Below, in pieces: positions 1 to 9,228 of a stretch of 22,649 nucleotides of DNA. The number at the start of each line of letters is the position of its first letter. Position 1 is the stretch's first letter. The stretch lies in IMG/VR virus record IMGVR_UViG_3300006065_000002, one strand, 5' to 3'. The notes under the pieces are model-generated. The model did not search any database. It worked only from the letters and a program-made list of their open reading frames with translations, and had not been told where the DNA came from. A program made the translations under genes and the position numbers. This DNA comes from a virus.

Positions 1-663
1 ATCTGACAGTGCAACATTAGTAGTTGGAAGATAGTGTTTTAAATTGTTTAATATAGTTTCATGTGTTAAATCATCTAGATCGAAATCTACCAATGGTACT
101 AAATCAAAATACGGATAAGTTTCAATGATTTCTGATCTAGTTAAAAAAGTTTGTCCATAAACGATACCATTTGATGTTTCTGTTTCTCTCCAACGAGATA
201 TTTCTTGGATTGGTAATTCTAATAAAGATAAATCATCATAGATGGCAATATCGAACACTCTAAAACCATTTTTATCTTGACCATACCATTTTGAATGTGA
301 TGTAGTTTTACCACCGTAAAACTCACCATATACTACCATAAATGTATCACTTTTAGGTATTCTAAAATGAAGATTTTTTATGCCTTCAACAATACCTTGT
401 GCGGGATCAAAATATAAATCATCACAATAATGTAAAATATTTTCTCGACTACCAATTAAGTATTCGTTACCATAAGATATTATACGAACATTAGTACCAT
501 CTATTTTCTCTGTAGCATAAAACCTTTCATTAAAAATAGGTGTTGTAAGTTCGTTTTTTAAACAACCCTTTTCACCTAATTGGTGTAAAGTAAGTATTGA
601 AGGGTATTTTGTTAGGGTATTTATTTTATCTTTCCCAAATTTTAAAACTAATTCTTTCAACAT
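1..663 (-). CDS. RNA ligase, Rnl2-like (3' end runs off the window)
   Basis: Not in the ORF track. Manual translation from ATG at 663 is open to base 1: MLKELVLKFGKDKINTLTKYPSI...ATEKIDGTNVRI (motif I KxDG)...IGSREN...VYGEFYGG (motif III)...FRVFDIA (motif IIIa). Confidence 0.85.
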   Translation of the reverse strand, partial: MLKELVLKFGKDKINTLTKYPSILTLHQLGEKGCLKNELTTPIFNERFYATEKIDGTNVRIISYGNEYLIGSRENILHYCDDLYFDPAQGIVEGIKNLHFRIPKSDTFMVVYGEFYGGKTTSHSKWYGQDKNGFRVFDIAIYDDLSLLELPIQEISRWRETETSNGIVYGQTFLTRSEIIETYPYFDLVPLVDFDLDDLTHETILNNLKHYLPTTNVALSD

Positions 664-680
664 TTTTTTTATTTTTTATG

Positions 681-693
681 ACAAAGATAATGA
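681..693 (-). promoter_or_regulatory. Bacteroidota-type sigma70 promoter, -7 element TATCTTTG
   Basis: Minus strand CATTATCTTTGT; the TATCTTTG core (682-689) lies 18 nt upstream of the ligase ATG and matches TAnnTTTG. Confidence 0.75.
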
Positions 694-730
694 TTTTTTT
701 TTATAAAACCTAATATTTTAATAATAATTT

Positions 731-1041
731 TTATCCAAATTCTATTAAACCATCAGGGTATTGTTTCCAGAATTCTTCAAGTAATTCTTTGTAGGATGTA
801 GTTAAAAAATAAAATAAATTTTATCTTTATTTTTTTCTATAAAATCCATTGTTTCATCCATAGACATCAATTCATCGTCTGGATAGTTACCTATTCTAAA
901 TAAATCATGTGGTAATGTATTATCACAAATATAAAATAAACCATTACGTTTAACAATTAAATCGTTTACTTTAAGTTTTTTTAATTCATCAGATGAAGGT
1001 TGAGGGTTTAATTTTTTATAAAACCATGTGTGACATCCCAT
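731..1041 (-). pseudogene. Phage hypothetical protein (MGCHTWF...FWKQYPDGLIEFG), frameshifted near 802-815
   Basis: The track ORF stops at 802, but another frame continues TTSYKELLEEFWKQYPDGLIEFG* to TAA at 731-733. The break lies in TATTTTATTTTTT. Confidence 0.65.
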
Positions 1042-1042
1042 T

Positions 1043-1334
1043 TTAATACATTTTTATTAGTTTTTTTAAAAACTCAACACGGGGTTTACGTTTTCCTTTT
1101 TTCCACCAGAAGTAACCGTTTTTATAATTTACGGCGGGTTTATTGATTTTAATCAAATACGTTAACCTTTCAAATTCATCTCTATTAATTATTCCATCTT
1201 CATACATTTTAAATAAATAATCTAAATAATGTTTCCATATATTTAGGTTTTTTAACAGAACAAATTAATGATATAACATCAATAAAATTAATATATAATG
1301 TATCATCCTTTTTTAATTCTCTTATTTTTGACAT
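1043..1334 (-). pseudogene. Chimeric or broken ORF: N-terminus paralogous to the 18227-19252 protein, joined out of frame to an unrelated C-terminus
   Basis: ATG 1334 gives MSKIRELKKDDTLYINFIDVISLICSVKKPKYMETLFRLFI*. A second frame gives YLFKMYEDGII...YFWWKKGKRKPRVEFLKKLIKMY* ending at 1043. Confidence 0.55.
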
Positions 1335-1348
1335 TTTTTTTATTTTAC

Positions 1349-1504
1349 GATTATCGTATGTCGCACCTAAAATTTGCACTTAGCTCAGAAATTCAATTTG
1401 TTTACCCCAACCCTAAAGGGAGCAAATTGATTTTCTTCACTAACTTTATGGCCGGGGTCAATGGAGAAAATTGATTTGCGGATTAGGTATTATAAACGAT
1501 AGTC
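1349..1504. repeat. ~156-nt imperfect palindromic, structured intergenic element (REP/MITE-like or ncRNA)
   Basis: Nested inverted repeats GATTATCGT/ACGATAGTC, ACCTAA..TTTGCA/TGCGGATTAGGT and ACCCCAACCCTAAAG/CTTTATGGCCGGGGT, plus an internal CCCTAAAGGG hairpin. Visibly more GC-rich than its flanks. Confidence 0.6.
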
Positions 1505-1514
1505 AAATTTTATT

Positions 1515-1985
1515 TTATTTTAGATTGTATAAATCGTGTTCTTTAATATTTTCACTTTTCCTACATTCAATACTTTTTTCTCTAATCCAAGTAGCAACAT
1601 CATCACCATCATAAACAGCCCATAATTTAATAAATGGACAAAACGGATCGGATGAAATAACTAAAACGTTGGATAATCCAACTAATCTCATTAATAAAGG
1701 TTCTTCTACCATAACAGATTTAACTCTATAATAGTTTAATTCTATTTTACTAACATTAAAGACACCTTTACGGCGTATCATAGAACGTTGTCTGAATTCA
1801 AATGACCAACAACTAACTACTAGATATCTCCATAACAATATGATAATTGGAAATATGTAAGAATATAATACAATACCAAAGATTAACCAACCAATATTAA
1901 CCCATTGTGACGGATTAATAGTAAATTCAACCTCATTCGTATTAGAAATTTTTTTTACTTTTTTCGCCATTTTAAAAATTCCCAA
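1515..1985 (-). CDS. Membrane protein with bacterial PH domain (bPH_2/YdbS-like)
   Basis: Two N-terminal hydrophobic segments followed by RKGVFNVSKIELNYYRVKSVMVEEPLLMRLVGLSNVLVISSD. The true start may be slightly downstream. Confidence 0.75.
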   Translation of the reverse strand: MGIFKMAKKVKKISNTNEVEFTINPSQWVNIGWLIFGIVLYSYIFPIIILLWRYLVVSCWSFEFRQRSMIRRKGVFNVSKIELNYYRVKSVMVEEPLLMRLVGLSNVLVISSDPFCPFIKLWAVYDGDDVATWIREKSIECRKSENIKEHDLYNLK

Positions 1986-2275
1986 ATAGATAACTTTTTG
2001 AAAGATGATAATTTAGTATTCAACTCCATACATTTAGTTCGTAATGATTTATTTTCTTCTTCTAATGTTTTATTTAATGTGTAGAGTGTTTCAAGAGCAT
2101 CATCTGGTTTATAAAAGGTAATTTTTTCATCATCATTATAATAATAATTATCACCATAAAACCCACTTTTTGTATGTACTGTACATACTATTTTTTTCTC
2201 TTTTAAAACTTCTGTTTTAAAATCTCTAAGTTCATTATATTCTTTTAAACTTAAAAGTATAGTATTTATTTCCAT
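1955..2275 (-). CDS. Hypothetical protein with C-terminal coiled coil (start MEINT at 2275)
   Basis: Track ORF 1955..2356; its upstream extension overlaps a separate small ORF, so ATG 2275 is preferred. Confidence 0.55.
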   Translation of the reverse strand: MEINTILLSLKEYNELRDFKTEVLKEKKIVCTVHTKSGFYGDNYYYNDDEKITFYKPDDALETLYTLNKTLEEENKSLRTKCMELNTKLSSFKKLSIWEFLKWRKK

Positions 2276-2279
2276 AATA

Positions 2280-2447
2280 TTAAAACCAAAAATTAATTTT
2301 ATTTTCAAGATCAGATACAGAAAACTTTTTAGTTTCTTTTTTTTCACCAAATACAATTTCTGCAGTATTTGTTATTAGATTTCGGTTATATTCACTTTCA
2401 ACCCCGGCATGTGTTAATAACCATGTTTTAAATTCTTCTTTATTCAT
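2280..2447 (-). CDS. Small hypothetical protein (55 aa)
   Basis: Manual translation MNKEEFKTWLLTHAGVESEYNRNL...KINFWF*; fills the gap between its neighbours. Confidence 0.45.
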   Translation of the reverse strand: MNKEEFKTWLLTHAGVESEYNRNLITNTAEIVFGEKKETKKFSVSDLENKINFWF

Positions 2448-2459
2448 TTTATTTTTTTT

Positions 2460-3085
2460 TTAAAAGTTATATCCTTTTTTAATAAAATTTTTCCATTCGG
2501 ATTGTGCAAAATTGTTTGCCAATACCATTGGATCAATGTTATTATTTTCTTTGAAAATTTCTTTTGTTTCTTTTAATGTTTCATTAAGATTCCCTGTTTT
2601 AATATAAACCGTTGGAAACTCTTTTGTATTGTCAATTGAAATATCACATACTTTAACAACATCTGATTTTGTTTTTAAAAATAATTTTGGTAGTTTTTTA
2701 TATAACATCATCAGTATAAACATACTTCTTATGTAATTGTAACCAATTTTCAACATCTTCTACTGTTGATGCTGAGAAGTTTGCTTCCCATGTGGTATAA
2801 TCATAGTGTGATAATGAAACGTCATTAGGATATTTCAGAATAGATTCATCATATTCTCTACCATAAGTAATTTGTGATTGTGATAAATTATCACCAATTT
2901 TTTCCGCCGTTTCATATGTCATTTTCATAGGTGGAACTGTAATGGAATAATATCTATTAGTCCAACTTTTATTCACGTTAACTTTAATTGGTAAAATTTC
3001 TTTGATACCCCAAGAATCTTCATTCTCATTTAAAACAGGTTTCCATATTTTTAACCTATCTATTATTTTCTAATTCTTTACTCAT
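2460..3085 (-). pseudogene. Hypothetical protein (~205 aa) split by two frameshifts
   Basis: ATG 3085 MSKELE / IIDRLKIWKPVLNENEDSWGIKEILPIKVNVNKSWTNR... (frame of the 2698..2976 ORF) / YKKLPKLFLK... (frame of the 2460..2756 ORF). Shifts near 3068 and 2700. Confidence 0.55.
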
Positions 3086-3515
3086 AACATTTTTTAAAAA
3101 AAATTTTATTTTTATTGTGTTGATATTTACATTTATTATTTCTTTTTAACTCAATATCATCACCCCAATATAACACATTTGAACTCATATAATCAACTGC
3201 TTGTTTTATTGTATTAAATTCTATATGAAATAAATACTTTTTACCAAACCAAGTTTTCTTTTTTTATAAAAAACTGAACAAACATTAGAAAATACTTTTG
3301 TTTTATAACTTATTATATATTTTTTTCTTATTATTAAAAGTTTTGTTTTCATTCTTTTTTATTTTTTTTAGGTAAAAACCAACTAGTAATTATAAAAATC
3401 CACATAAATAAAAGACCAAAATATATAAGTTTTGTATTTAATAATAAAAAACCTATGAACCATACCATTAAAGATATGCACCATAATACGAAAAAAGTAT
3501 TTTTATTCATCTTAT

Positions 3516-4424
3516 TTAAATATGACAATCAAATAGTGAAATTAAAGTATCATCAGAAATATTATCTATTAGATTATTAAATTCTGTGTGCCAATTTGGG
3601 TCTTCGTTAGTACTTATTGCCCACCAACCCATTGTACCTTTTTCATACCATATACCATCTTTAACAACTGCATATGTTGAAATTGCCTTTTTTCTCTCAT
3701 TTTCAACGTATTCTTCCATAGTACATTGAAAATCTTCAATATCAAAAAAGAAATCAAGTTTACCTGATTTTTCATTGACAATTTTTAAAGCCGGCTGAAT
3801 ATGATAAAAATAACGTTTTTGATTCACATCCATTAATTCATACATTGGTTCTTTGTTTTTCATTAAATCATCCCATGTAAAATCTATTTTTGGTATTTCA
3901 CCATCAAATATATTTAGAACATTTTTATATTCTTCTGTTGCTTTAAAAGCGGCATCGTTTTTCATACCTTCAAAATCGATATTCTTTTTTATCGTTTGAT
4001 CACAATATCCTGGTTTTGCTGGTGAACTCATTAGTCCAGGTTTTCCTGTTTTACTATCTTTAACCCCTTCTTTTAGTTTAAGAAACCCAGTCCATCTTCC
4101 ACCCAATTGATACCAATCCCATTTTGATTTTGGATTGTAAGTTGAGTATTCAGACCATATACCATTTTCATCTTTTTTCCAATCCCTACCATTCCATTCG
4201 TTACCATAAAATTCATATAATTGGTCAAAAGTTAAAAGTTTATTTTTTTCCTTTTTTTCAATTGGAATTGTTCTTGATGATTCAGTGTAATATCTGATGA
4301 AACTATCTATGTCGGATTGATTAACAGGACCAACTAAATATTCTTCTACACGAATATTTTCATCATAAGGTTCAAGTTGTTTTTCAGGGTCGTTACCAAT
4401 TACTAAAACTGTGAAATGTGACAT
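3516..4424 (-). CDS. Conserved phage hypothetical protein, Trp-rich (302 aa)
   Basis: Long intact ORF behind a consensus promoter; motifs MSHFTVLVIG, YNPKSKWDWYQLGGRW, GTMGWW, C-terminal DCHI. Confidence 0.8.
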   Translation of the reverse strand: MSHFTVLVIGNDPEKQLEPYDENIRVEEYLVGPVNQSDIDSFIRYYTESSRTIPIEKKEKNKLLTFDQLYEFYGNEWNGRDWKKDENGIWSEYSTYNPKSKWDWYQLGGRWTGFLKLKEGVKDSKTGKPGLMSSPAKPGYCDQTIKKNIDFEGMKNDAAFKATEEYKNVLNIFDGEIPKIDFTWDDLMKNKEPMYELMDVNQKRYFYHIQPALKIVNEKSGKLDFFFDIEDFQCTMEEYVENERKKAISTYAVVKDGIWYEKGTMGWWAISTNEDPNWHTEFNNLIDNISDDTLISLFDCHI

Positions 4425-4449
4425 AATTTTTAATTTTTAAATGTTTATA

Positions 4450-4480
4450 CAAAGATAATGTTTTTTTTTAATTATACAAA
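4450..4480 (-). promoter_or_regulatory. Bacteroidota-type promoter TTTG-N19-TATCTTTG
   Basis: caaagata at 4450-4457 and caaa at 4477-4480 on the plus strand; upstream of ATG 4424. Confidence 0.8.
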
Positions 4481-4490
4481 AAATTTTTAA

Positions 4491-4995
4491 TTATTTTATA
4501 TAATTTTTATTGAAAGTTTTGTTTAATTCTTCTATTTTCTTTAATTTTCTGTTTATTAGTTCTTCTTCCGAATTAATAAAATCTTGACGTTCTTTTTTAA
4601 TTTTTTCAAAAATATCTTTTAACGAAACAATTTGTTGAATTTTTTGAATGTTATTATATTCTTTAGGCAATGTAATATATTCCGTTTTTTGGTAACACCA
4701 ACGATAAACATTAATAGGATATAATAATATTCCAGTTAAAAACATATATTCAAAAATTACATACCAATCTATATTCCATTTTTCAATTTCATAAAAAGAA
4801 AATAAAGAATCACTTTCCACTAATTTATATATTGGTGTAACTTAATCTTTAAATTTTTTTGATTTTGGTAAGTATATTTTTAAATGATATTTATCATTAA
4901 TCCAATATTTTAAAACTATACTTATTATTAATAACAAAGTATAAAATTAATAATATTGATAAAGAGTGTGTTAAAATAATTTTTATAGTTTCCAT
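4491..4995 (-). pseudogene. Probable membrane protein, broken (track fragment 4491..4820; likely ATG at 4995)
   Basis: A hydrophobic N-terminus METIKIILTHSLSILLILYFVI starts at 4995, while the track reports only the downstream fragment. The junction was not resolved. Confidence 0.4.
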
Positions 4996-5009
4996 ATATT
5001 AAATTGTTT

Positions 5010-5312
5010 TTAAAATTTGGGTTCTTGATGTACTGGCGGTGTATAATCTTTATGTACTTTTTTAGGTTTAAATTCATCAGGTAAAAATTCACCATATTCT
5101 CGTATTAAATTAATTTTATATAATATATGGTGTTCCTTTGTGATATCAAAATCTGATGCCAATATATTCCATGCAGTACCTTTACTTAATCCTTTATTAA
5201 TTATACTTCTTTTATTCCAATTTTTAATTTTGGTTTTTGCTGTCTCAATCATATTCAATATTTGTTCATTTGAAATGGTTTCAGCAATTTTTTTTGCATG
5301 TTCTCTTTTCAT
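5010..5312 (-). CDS. Hypothetical protein (100 aa)
   Basis: ORF track; operon-like spacing after the ATP-grasp gene. Confidence 0.65.
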   Translation of the reverse strand: MKREHAKKIAETISNEQILNMIETAKTKIKNWNKRSIINKGLSKGTAWNILASDFDITKEHHILYKINLIREYGEFLPDEFKPKKVHKDYTPPVHQEPKF

Positions 5313-5318
5313 ATTTTT

Positions 5319-6155
5319 TTAACTATTAAATAAATCATTATAAAAATCTACACATAGTTGATTAATTTTATTAACCACTTTATCATAATCATTTCCATAC
5401 ATACTTCCACAACAGAAACTATTCAATTCCATTATTTTATATTCACCTGTTTTTAATTTACAAATATCAATATTGTATGCCATATCTGGTTGATAAATTT
5501 TAGACATTATATTGGCAAATTCTATTGCATTTAAATCATTACATGGTTTATCATAATATGGTTCCCATCTGTTTCTACTTTCTTTATCCATATAAAGAGC
5601 ACCAGATATTAATTCACCATCAACAACGATGAAACGATATTCTTCTTCAATATCTTGTTCGAGAGATAATAAAACAAGTAAACTCATATCTAAACCCCCA
5701 TAGGATTTAGTTAATATATCAAATGATTCGTGAAAATTATCTTTAGGTAATAATTGTCCTGTAAATGATTTATAACCATTCGATGGTCTTATAAAAACAT
5801 TTTTTGAATGTATCAAAAATTCTTTCAGCATTTCTAGATACATCATAATATAGTTTGAATTTAAAAGATGGTCACCAAAATATCCATAATATTTATAACA
5901 TTCATAGTTTTCTAGTGTCAAGAAAACACCAGGATAAACAGGTAATTTAGATATTCTTCTACCATGTTGATGAGATCCGTGAAATATAACAATATCCTCA
6001 TCTGTAAAATGTTTTTTGAAAAAATCATCCACTTGTATTGTTTTCATATAATCAAAAAACATAACATCCATACCACTATTTCTAATGGATGTTGGTAATT
6101 TTTCCTCATATTCTTCAAATAAATATTTATCTATTACCCATTTAACTTTTTTCAT
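5319..6155 (-). CDS. ATP-grasp domain protein, R2K/DUF4343-like
   Basis: FIRPSNGYKSFTGQ, EEEYRFIVVDG, YNIDIC and KIMELNSFCCGSMY (ExN motif). Confidence 0.75.
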   Translation of the reverse strand: MKKVKWVIDKYLFEEYEEKLPTSIRNSGMDVMFFDYMKTIQVDDFFKKHFTDEDIVIFHGSHQHGRRISKLPVYPGVFLTLENYECYKYYGYFGDHLLNSNYIMMYLEMLKEFLIHSKNVFIRPSNGYKSFTGQLLPKDNFHESFDILTKSYGGLDMSLLVLLSLEQDIEEEYRFIVVDGELISGALYMDKESRNRWEPYYDKPCNDLNAIEFANIMSKIYQPDMAYNIDICKLKTGEYKIMELNSFCCGSMYGNDYDKVVNKINQLCVDFYNDLFNS

Positions 6156-6174
6156 TTTATTATAAAATTTACTA

Positions 6175-6205
6175 CAAATATAGTGTTTTATTTTATATAA
6201 CCAAA
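6175..6205 (-). promoter_or_regulatory. Bacteroidota-type promoter TTTG-N19-TATATTTG
   Basis: caaatata at 6175-6182 and caaa at 6202-6205; upstream of ATG 6155. Confidence 0.75.
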
Positions 6206-6229
6206 AAAAGTTATAATAATTTAATTAAT

Positions 6230-6643
6230 TTAATCAATATCTCGTTTAGGATAAAAATTAAATTGTGGGTTTTTTTCTTTACACTTTTTTAAAATTCTAA
6301 TAATATGATTTTTATTTTTATCAATATAATCTTTACTAAAACTATAACTTAAATAAAAATTATCTTTTCCTTTTTCTATATCTCTTTCAACAGGAATAAT
6401 ATATTTCATAGTATGATTAGTTAACATATCAAATGGTATTAAATTATATGCTTTTAAAATTAATACAAGTTGATTATGTGAAAATGTATGATATTTAACA
6501 AATAAATTACCTTCACTATCAATAATACCCCTAATATACTGAGGAGAATCATTTAAATGTTCAGGGTTTTTATGTATTACTCTATCATTAAATTTTAATA
6601 TTTCTTCTTTGATGATAGTTTTTAAAATACTTAGTAGTTTCAT
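6230..6643 (-). CDS. Hypothetical protein, possibly virion-associated
   Basis: ORF track; N-terminus MKLLSILKTIIKEEI; start overlaps the stop of the upstream gene (TAATG). Confidence 0.6.
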   Translation of the reverse strand: MKLLSILKTIIKEEILKFNDRVIHKNPEHLNDSPQYIRGIIDSEGNLFVKYHTFSHNQLVLILKAYNLIPFDMLTNHTMKYIIPVERDIEKGKDNFYLSYSFSKDYIDKNKNHIIRILKKCKEKNPQFNFYPKRDID

Positions 6644-7443
6644 TATACAAAACTTTTATTGTCATTATTTCCTAGAGCTAGGTTATTTATATTATTTAAC
6701 ATTTTAGATATATCATTAAAACCATTTAACGCCCAACATAATAAAACCCATGTTAGGTCAGTAATGTTATTTTTCTGAAACGTGATATAAGGTAGTATCA
6801 TATCAACAGTAATATCTTCACCTGGTTGTAATTTGAAAAATCGTCTAAGTTGAAATATATTTGACATCTTCTCATTTTCATTACAGGCATATTTTCTTTG
6901 TTCGGGTGTTAATCTTTTATAAAATTTTATCCAATTATTAATTATAGGATTAATTTTTTCAGATGGAACGCCATATTTTAAAAGTTGATTTTTTAAATTG
7001 TCAAATTCTTCTTTGGTTGTATCAAAAACTTTATCAAACGTTCTAGGTGTTTGTCCAGGTTTTAAAAAACTTTCACCAATTAATTTTTGTGGATTAATTG
7101 GATATTGATACCACATAAGATGTTGAATTTCGTGTATCAAAGTATCGACTACATCTTCATTATTTATGTAGTGACAATTCATATTAACACGTAAGGGATT
7201 ATTACTTTGTACGAAAGCTATTGTGTTAATTTTGGGGTCAGAAAAAACAACCAAATCTATATTATTTAATATATGAAAATAAACACTATATTTGTTAGCT
7301 AGGTCTTTTTCTGATAATTTATTTAAAGTTTTAAATTTGTTTTTAGTGATTGGATTATTTAACCAATTTTTAATGAACGTAGTAGCTTCAGGTAATTTAG
7401 ATGAAATATAAGATTTACAAGATGATATGTTATTCGTATTCAT
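6643..7443 (-). CDS. Zincin-like metallopeptidase (HEXXH)
   Basis: DTLIHEIQHLMW motif with a downstream ENEKMS helix that could supply a third ligand. Confidence 0.65.
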   Translation of the reverse strand: MNTNNISSCKSYISSKLPEATTFIKNWLNNPITKNKFKTLNKLSEKDLANKYSVYFHILNNIDLVVFSDPKINTIAFVQSNNPLRVNMNCHYINNEDVVDTLIHEIQHLMWYQYPINPQKLIGESFLKPGQTPRTFDKVFDTTKEEFDNLKNQLLKYGVPSEKINPIINNWIKFYKRLTPEQRKYACNENEKMSNIFQLRRFFKLQPGEDITVDMILPYITFQKNNITDLTWVLLCWALNGFNDISKMLNNINNLALGNNDNKSFV

Positions 7444-7447
7444 TTTT

Positions 7448-7458
7448 TAATAAATATC
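7448..7458 (-). promoter_or_regulatory. Putative late-type promoter motif GATATTTATTA
   Basis: Minus strand GATATTTATTAAAAAATG, between a terminator and the zincin ATG; the motif recurs near 14111-14120 and 14460-14469. Confidence 0.45.
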
Positions 7459-7468
7459 AAATTAACAT

Positions 7469-7498
7469 AAAAAAAAGGGGGATAATCCCCCCTTTTTT
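7469..7498. terminator. Intrinsic terminator (bidirectional shape)
   Basis: AAAAAAAAGGGGGA-TAA-TCCCCCCTTTTTT just downstream of the SPFH gene. Confidence 0.85.
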
Positions 7499-7513
7499 AA
7501 TCAAAATAGTTTT

Positions 7514-8878
7514 TTATTTTGATTGTGTTAATTGTTTTGCCATATTAGCACCAATCAAAGCTTATATAGGTGTTGTTTTCCCATCTGAACCCATTATCAT
7601 AGTTTCAGGTAGTTTAAGTTTAGCAAGTTCAGATGCTACACCAATAGCGGTTTTATATTCCCATTCTGCTCTTTCTTGTAGTGTCAAACCTGCTTGAACC
7701 ATCATTCTATTCTGATATGATTTAGCATCAGCGTCTATTTTCATAGCCCTAGCGTTCAGTTCAGCCGTCTTAACCGCAATTTCCGCCAACTGTCTTTTGG
7801 ATTCTTCCTCTTTAACCTGTGTTTCAATGTTAATCAATTTAGAAACCCGTGCTTTTTCTTGTGTTACTCTTTCAGCAGCCTTATCACGTTCACCTTCAGC
7901 AATAATACGTTGTTGAGCAGCGGATGCTGTTTCAATCTTCTGTATTTCAACGATTTTTTCTGCCGAAATGTCTCGCTGTTGTTTAAGTTTATCTGTAAAT
8001 GATTGTTCTAATGCAACATCACTAACAATAACAGATGCGGTAATTACATTATTTGCATTAATCTCGTGTTCTATTCGTTTAGGAATACCATTATCCAAAA
8101 CCTTCGTATTTTTAACTAACTTTCTTACCTATTGTATTTTTCTGGGTTTGTTAAGTAAACTATCAACCGTGAAAACTTCAGGTACATATAATGTATCAAT
8201 AATTTCTACCCTTTTTACAACATATCCACCATTTTTCAATGCTTCTTCAATGGTCATTTTATAATCAGTTGCACCACCTGAAACATATTCATCAGCAGAA
8301 TACATAAACGATACGTTAGTTAATTGTTCATTAATAGTAGGTAAAAGTGTGTTATTTATTAAATTATTTGGTGTTTTATATGTTTAAACCAATTTAATAA
8401 ATGAAACTTCATCATTAGGTAATTCAAACCTAACAGATAGATAAACATTTGCCATTGCCCTATCTATGAACATAACTTTTACACCACCAGGAATTACACC
8501 CTCAATACCATCAGATGATTCAAGTAATTCACCATTTTCATCAACGGGAATACCTTTAACATCGATGTACTTAGACCATTCCTGAATTTTACTGAAAGGT
8601 ACAATGAATTTAACACCTGGCGTCATTATAGATGACCTATGACCAGTAGGTGAGAGAACATAGTATTGGTGACCCTCTTTAGTAAAAATAGTAGAAATAC
8701 CTACTACAATAAAAAGTAAACCTACCAAAACAAGTTTAAGACGATTAGAACCTCCCCACATAAGTAAAAATTCAGGAGACTTCTGTTTATAACCGGTTTT
8801 TTCTTTTTGAAGTGTTGGGTGAATAAAAACCATAACCAACGTGAATAATAGTAATAAAATACCAATAAATGTGAACAT
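7514..8878 (-). pseudogene. SPFH/band-7-like membrane protein (455 codons) with three in-frame stops
   Basis: One continuous frame from ATG 8878 to TAA 7514, interrupted at 8384-8386 (TAA), 8129-8131 (TAG) and 7562-7564 (TAA). N-terminal TM helices, PGVKFIVPFSKIQEW, and an Ala/Glu-rich coiled-coil C-terminus. Confidence 0.8.
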
Positions 8879-8905
8879 AATTTATAAATTGTTTAATAAT
8901 GTGTA

Positions 8906-8935
8906 CAAAGATAATGTTTTTTTTTTATTTACAAA
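8906..8935 (-). promoter_or_regulatory. Bacteroidota-type promoter TTTG-N18-TATCTTTG
   Basis: caaagata at 8906-8913 and caaa at 8932-8935; upstream of ATG 8878. Confidence 0.8.
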
Positions 8936-8946
8936 ATAAAACATAT

Positions 8947-9228
8947 TTATTTTTTATTTAATTCGTAAGAATCTATATTTGTATATGTTAAAATTAAATT
9001 TCTAAGTTCATTTCCTAATTTTACTGCCATTTGTTCCCTATCTTCTAATTCCATATTTTCTTTTTCTTGAAGTTCCCACATTTTATCCATTATTGCTGAT
9101 GTGAAAATTTTTAAAATAGCTCTAAAACCATCAATGGTATAGTTAGGTTTATCTTTTATGTAATATTCAAATTCCCATAAAGTTGATTCTATTTCAACTA
9201 AAACTGGTGATAATTTTTCCCCTATCAT
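8947..9228 (-). CDS. Hypothetical protein (start MIGEKLSP at 9228)
   Basis: Track ORF 8947..9270; an ATGA overlap with the reconstructed HD gene stop supports a start at 9228. Confidence 0.65.
   Translation of the reverse strand: MIGEKLSPVLVEIESTLWEFEYYIKDKPNYTIDGFRAILKIFTSAIMDKMWELQEKENMELEDREQMAVKLGNELRNLILTYTNIDSYELNKK

Noticed and set aside
1349-1504. tRNA, retron ncRNA, attC site or self-cleaving ribozyme identity for the structured element
   Set aside because: No cloverleaf or T-loop, no reverse transcriptase or integrase in the window, and no attC boxes or hammerhead core recognised.
3090-3510. Two small ORFs (ATG 3510, hydrophobic; ATG 3352, apparently frameshifted)
   Set aside because: Probably real small genes, but their ends fall in homopolymer runs and could not be delimited reliably.
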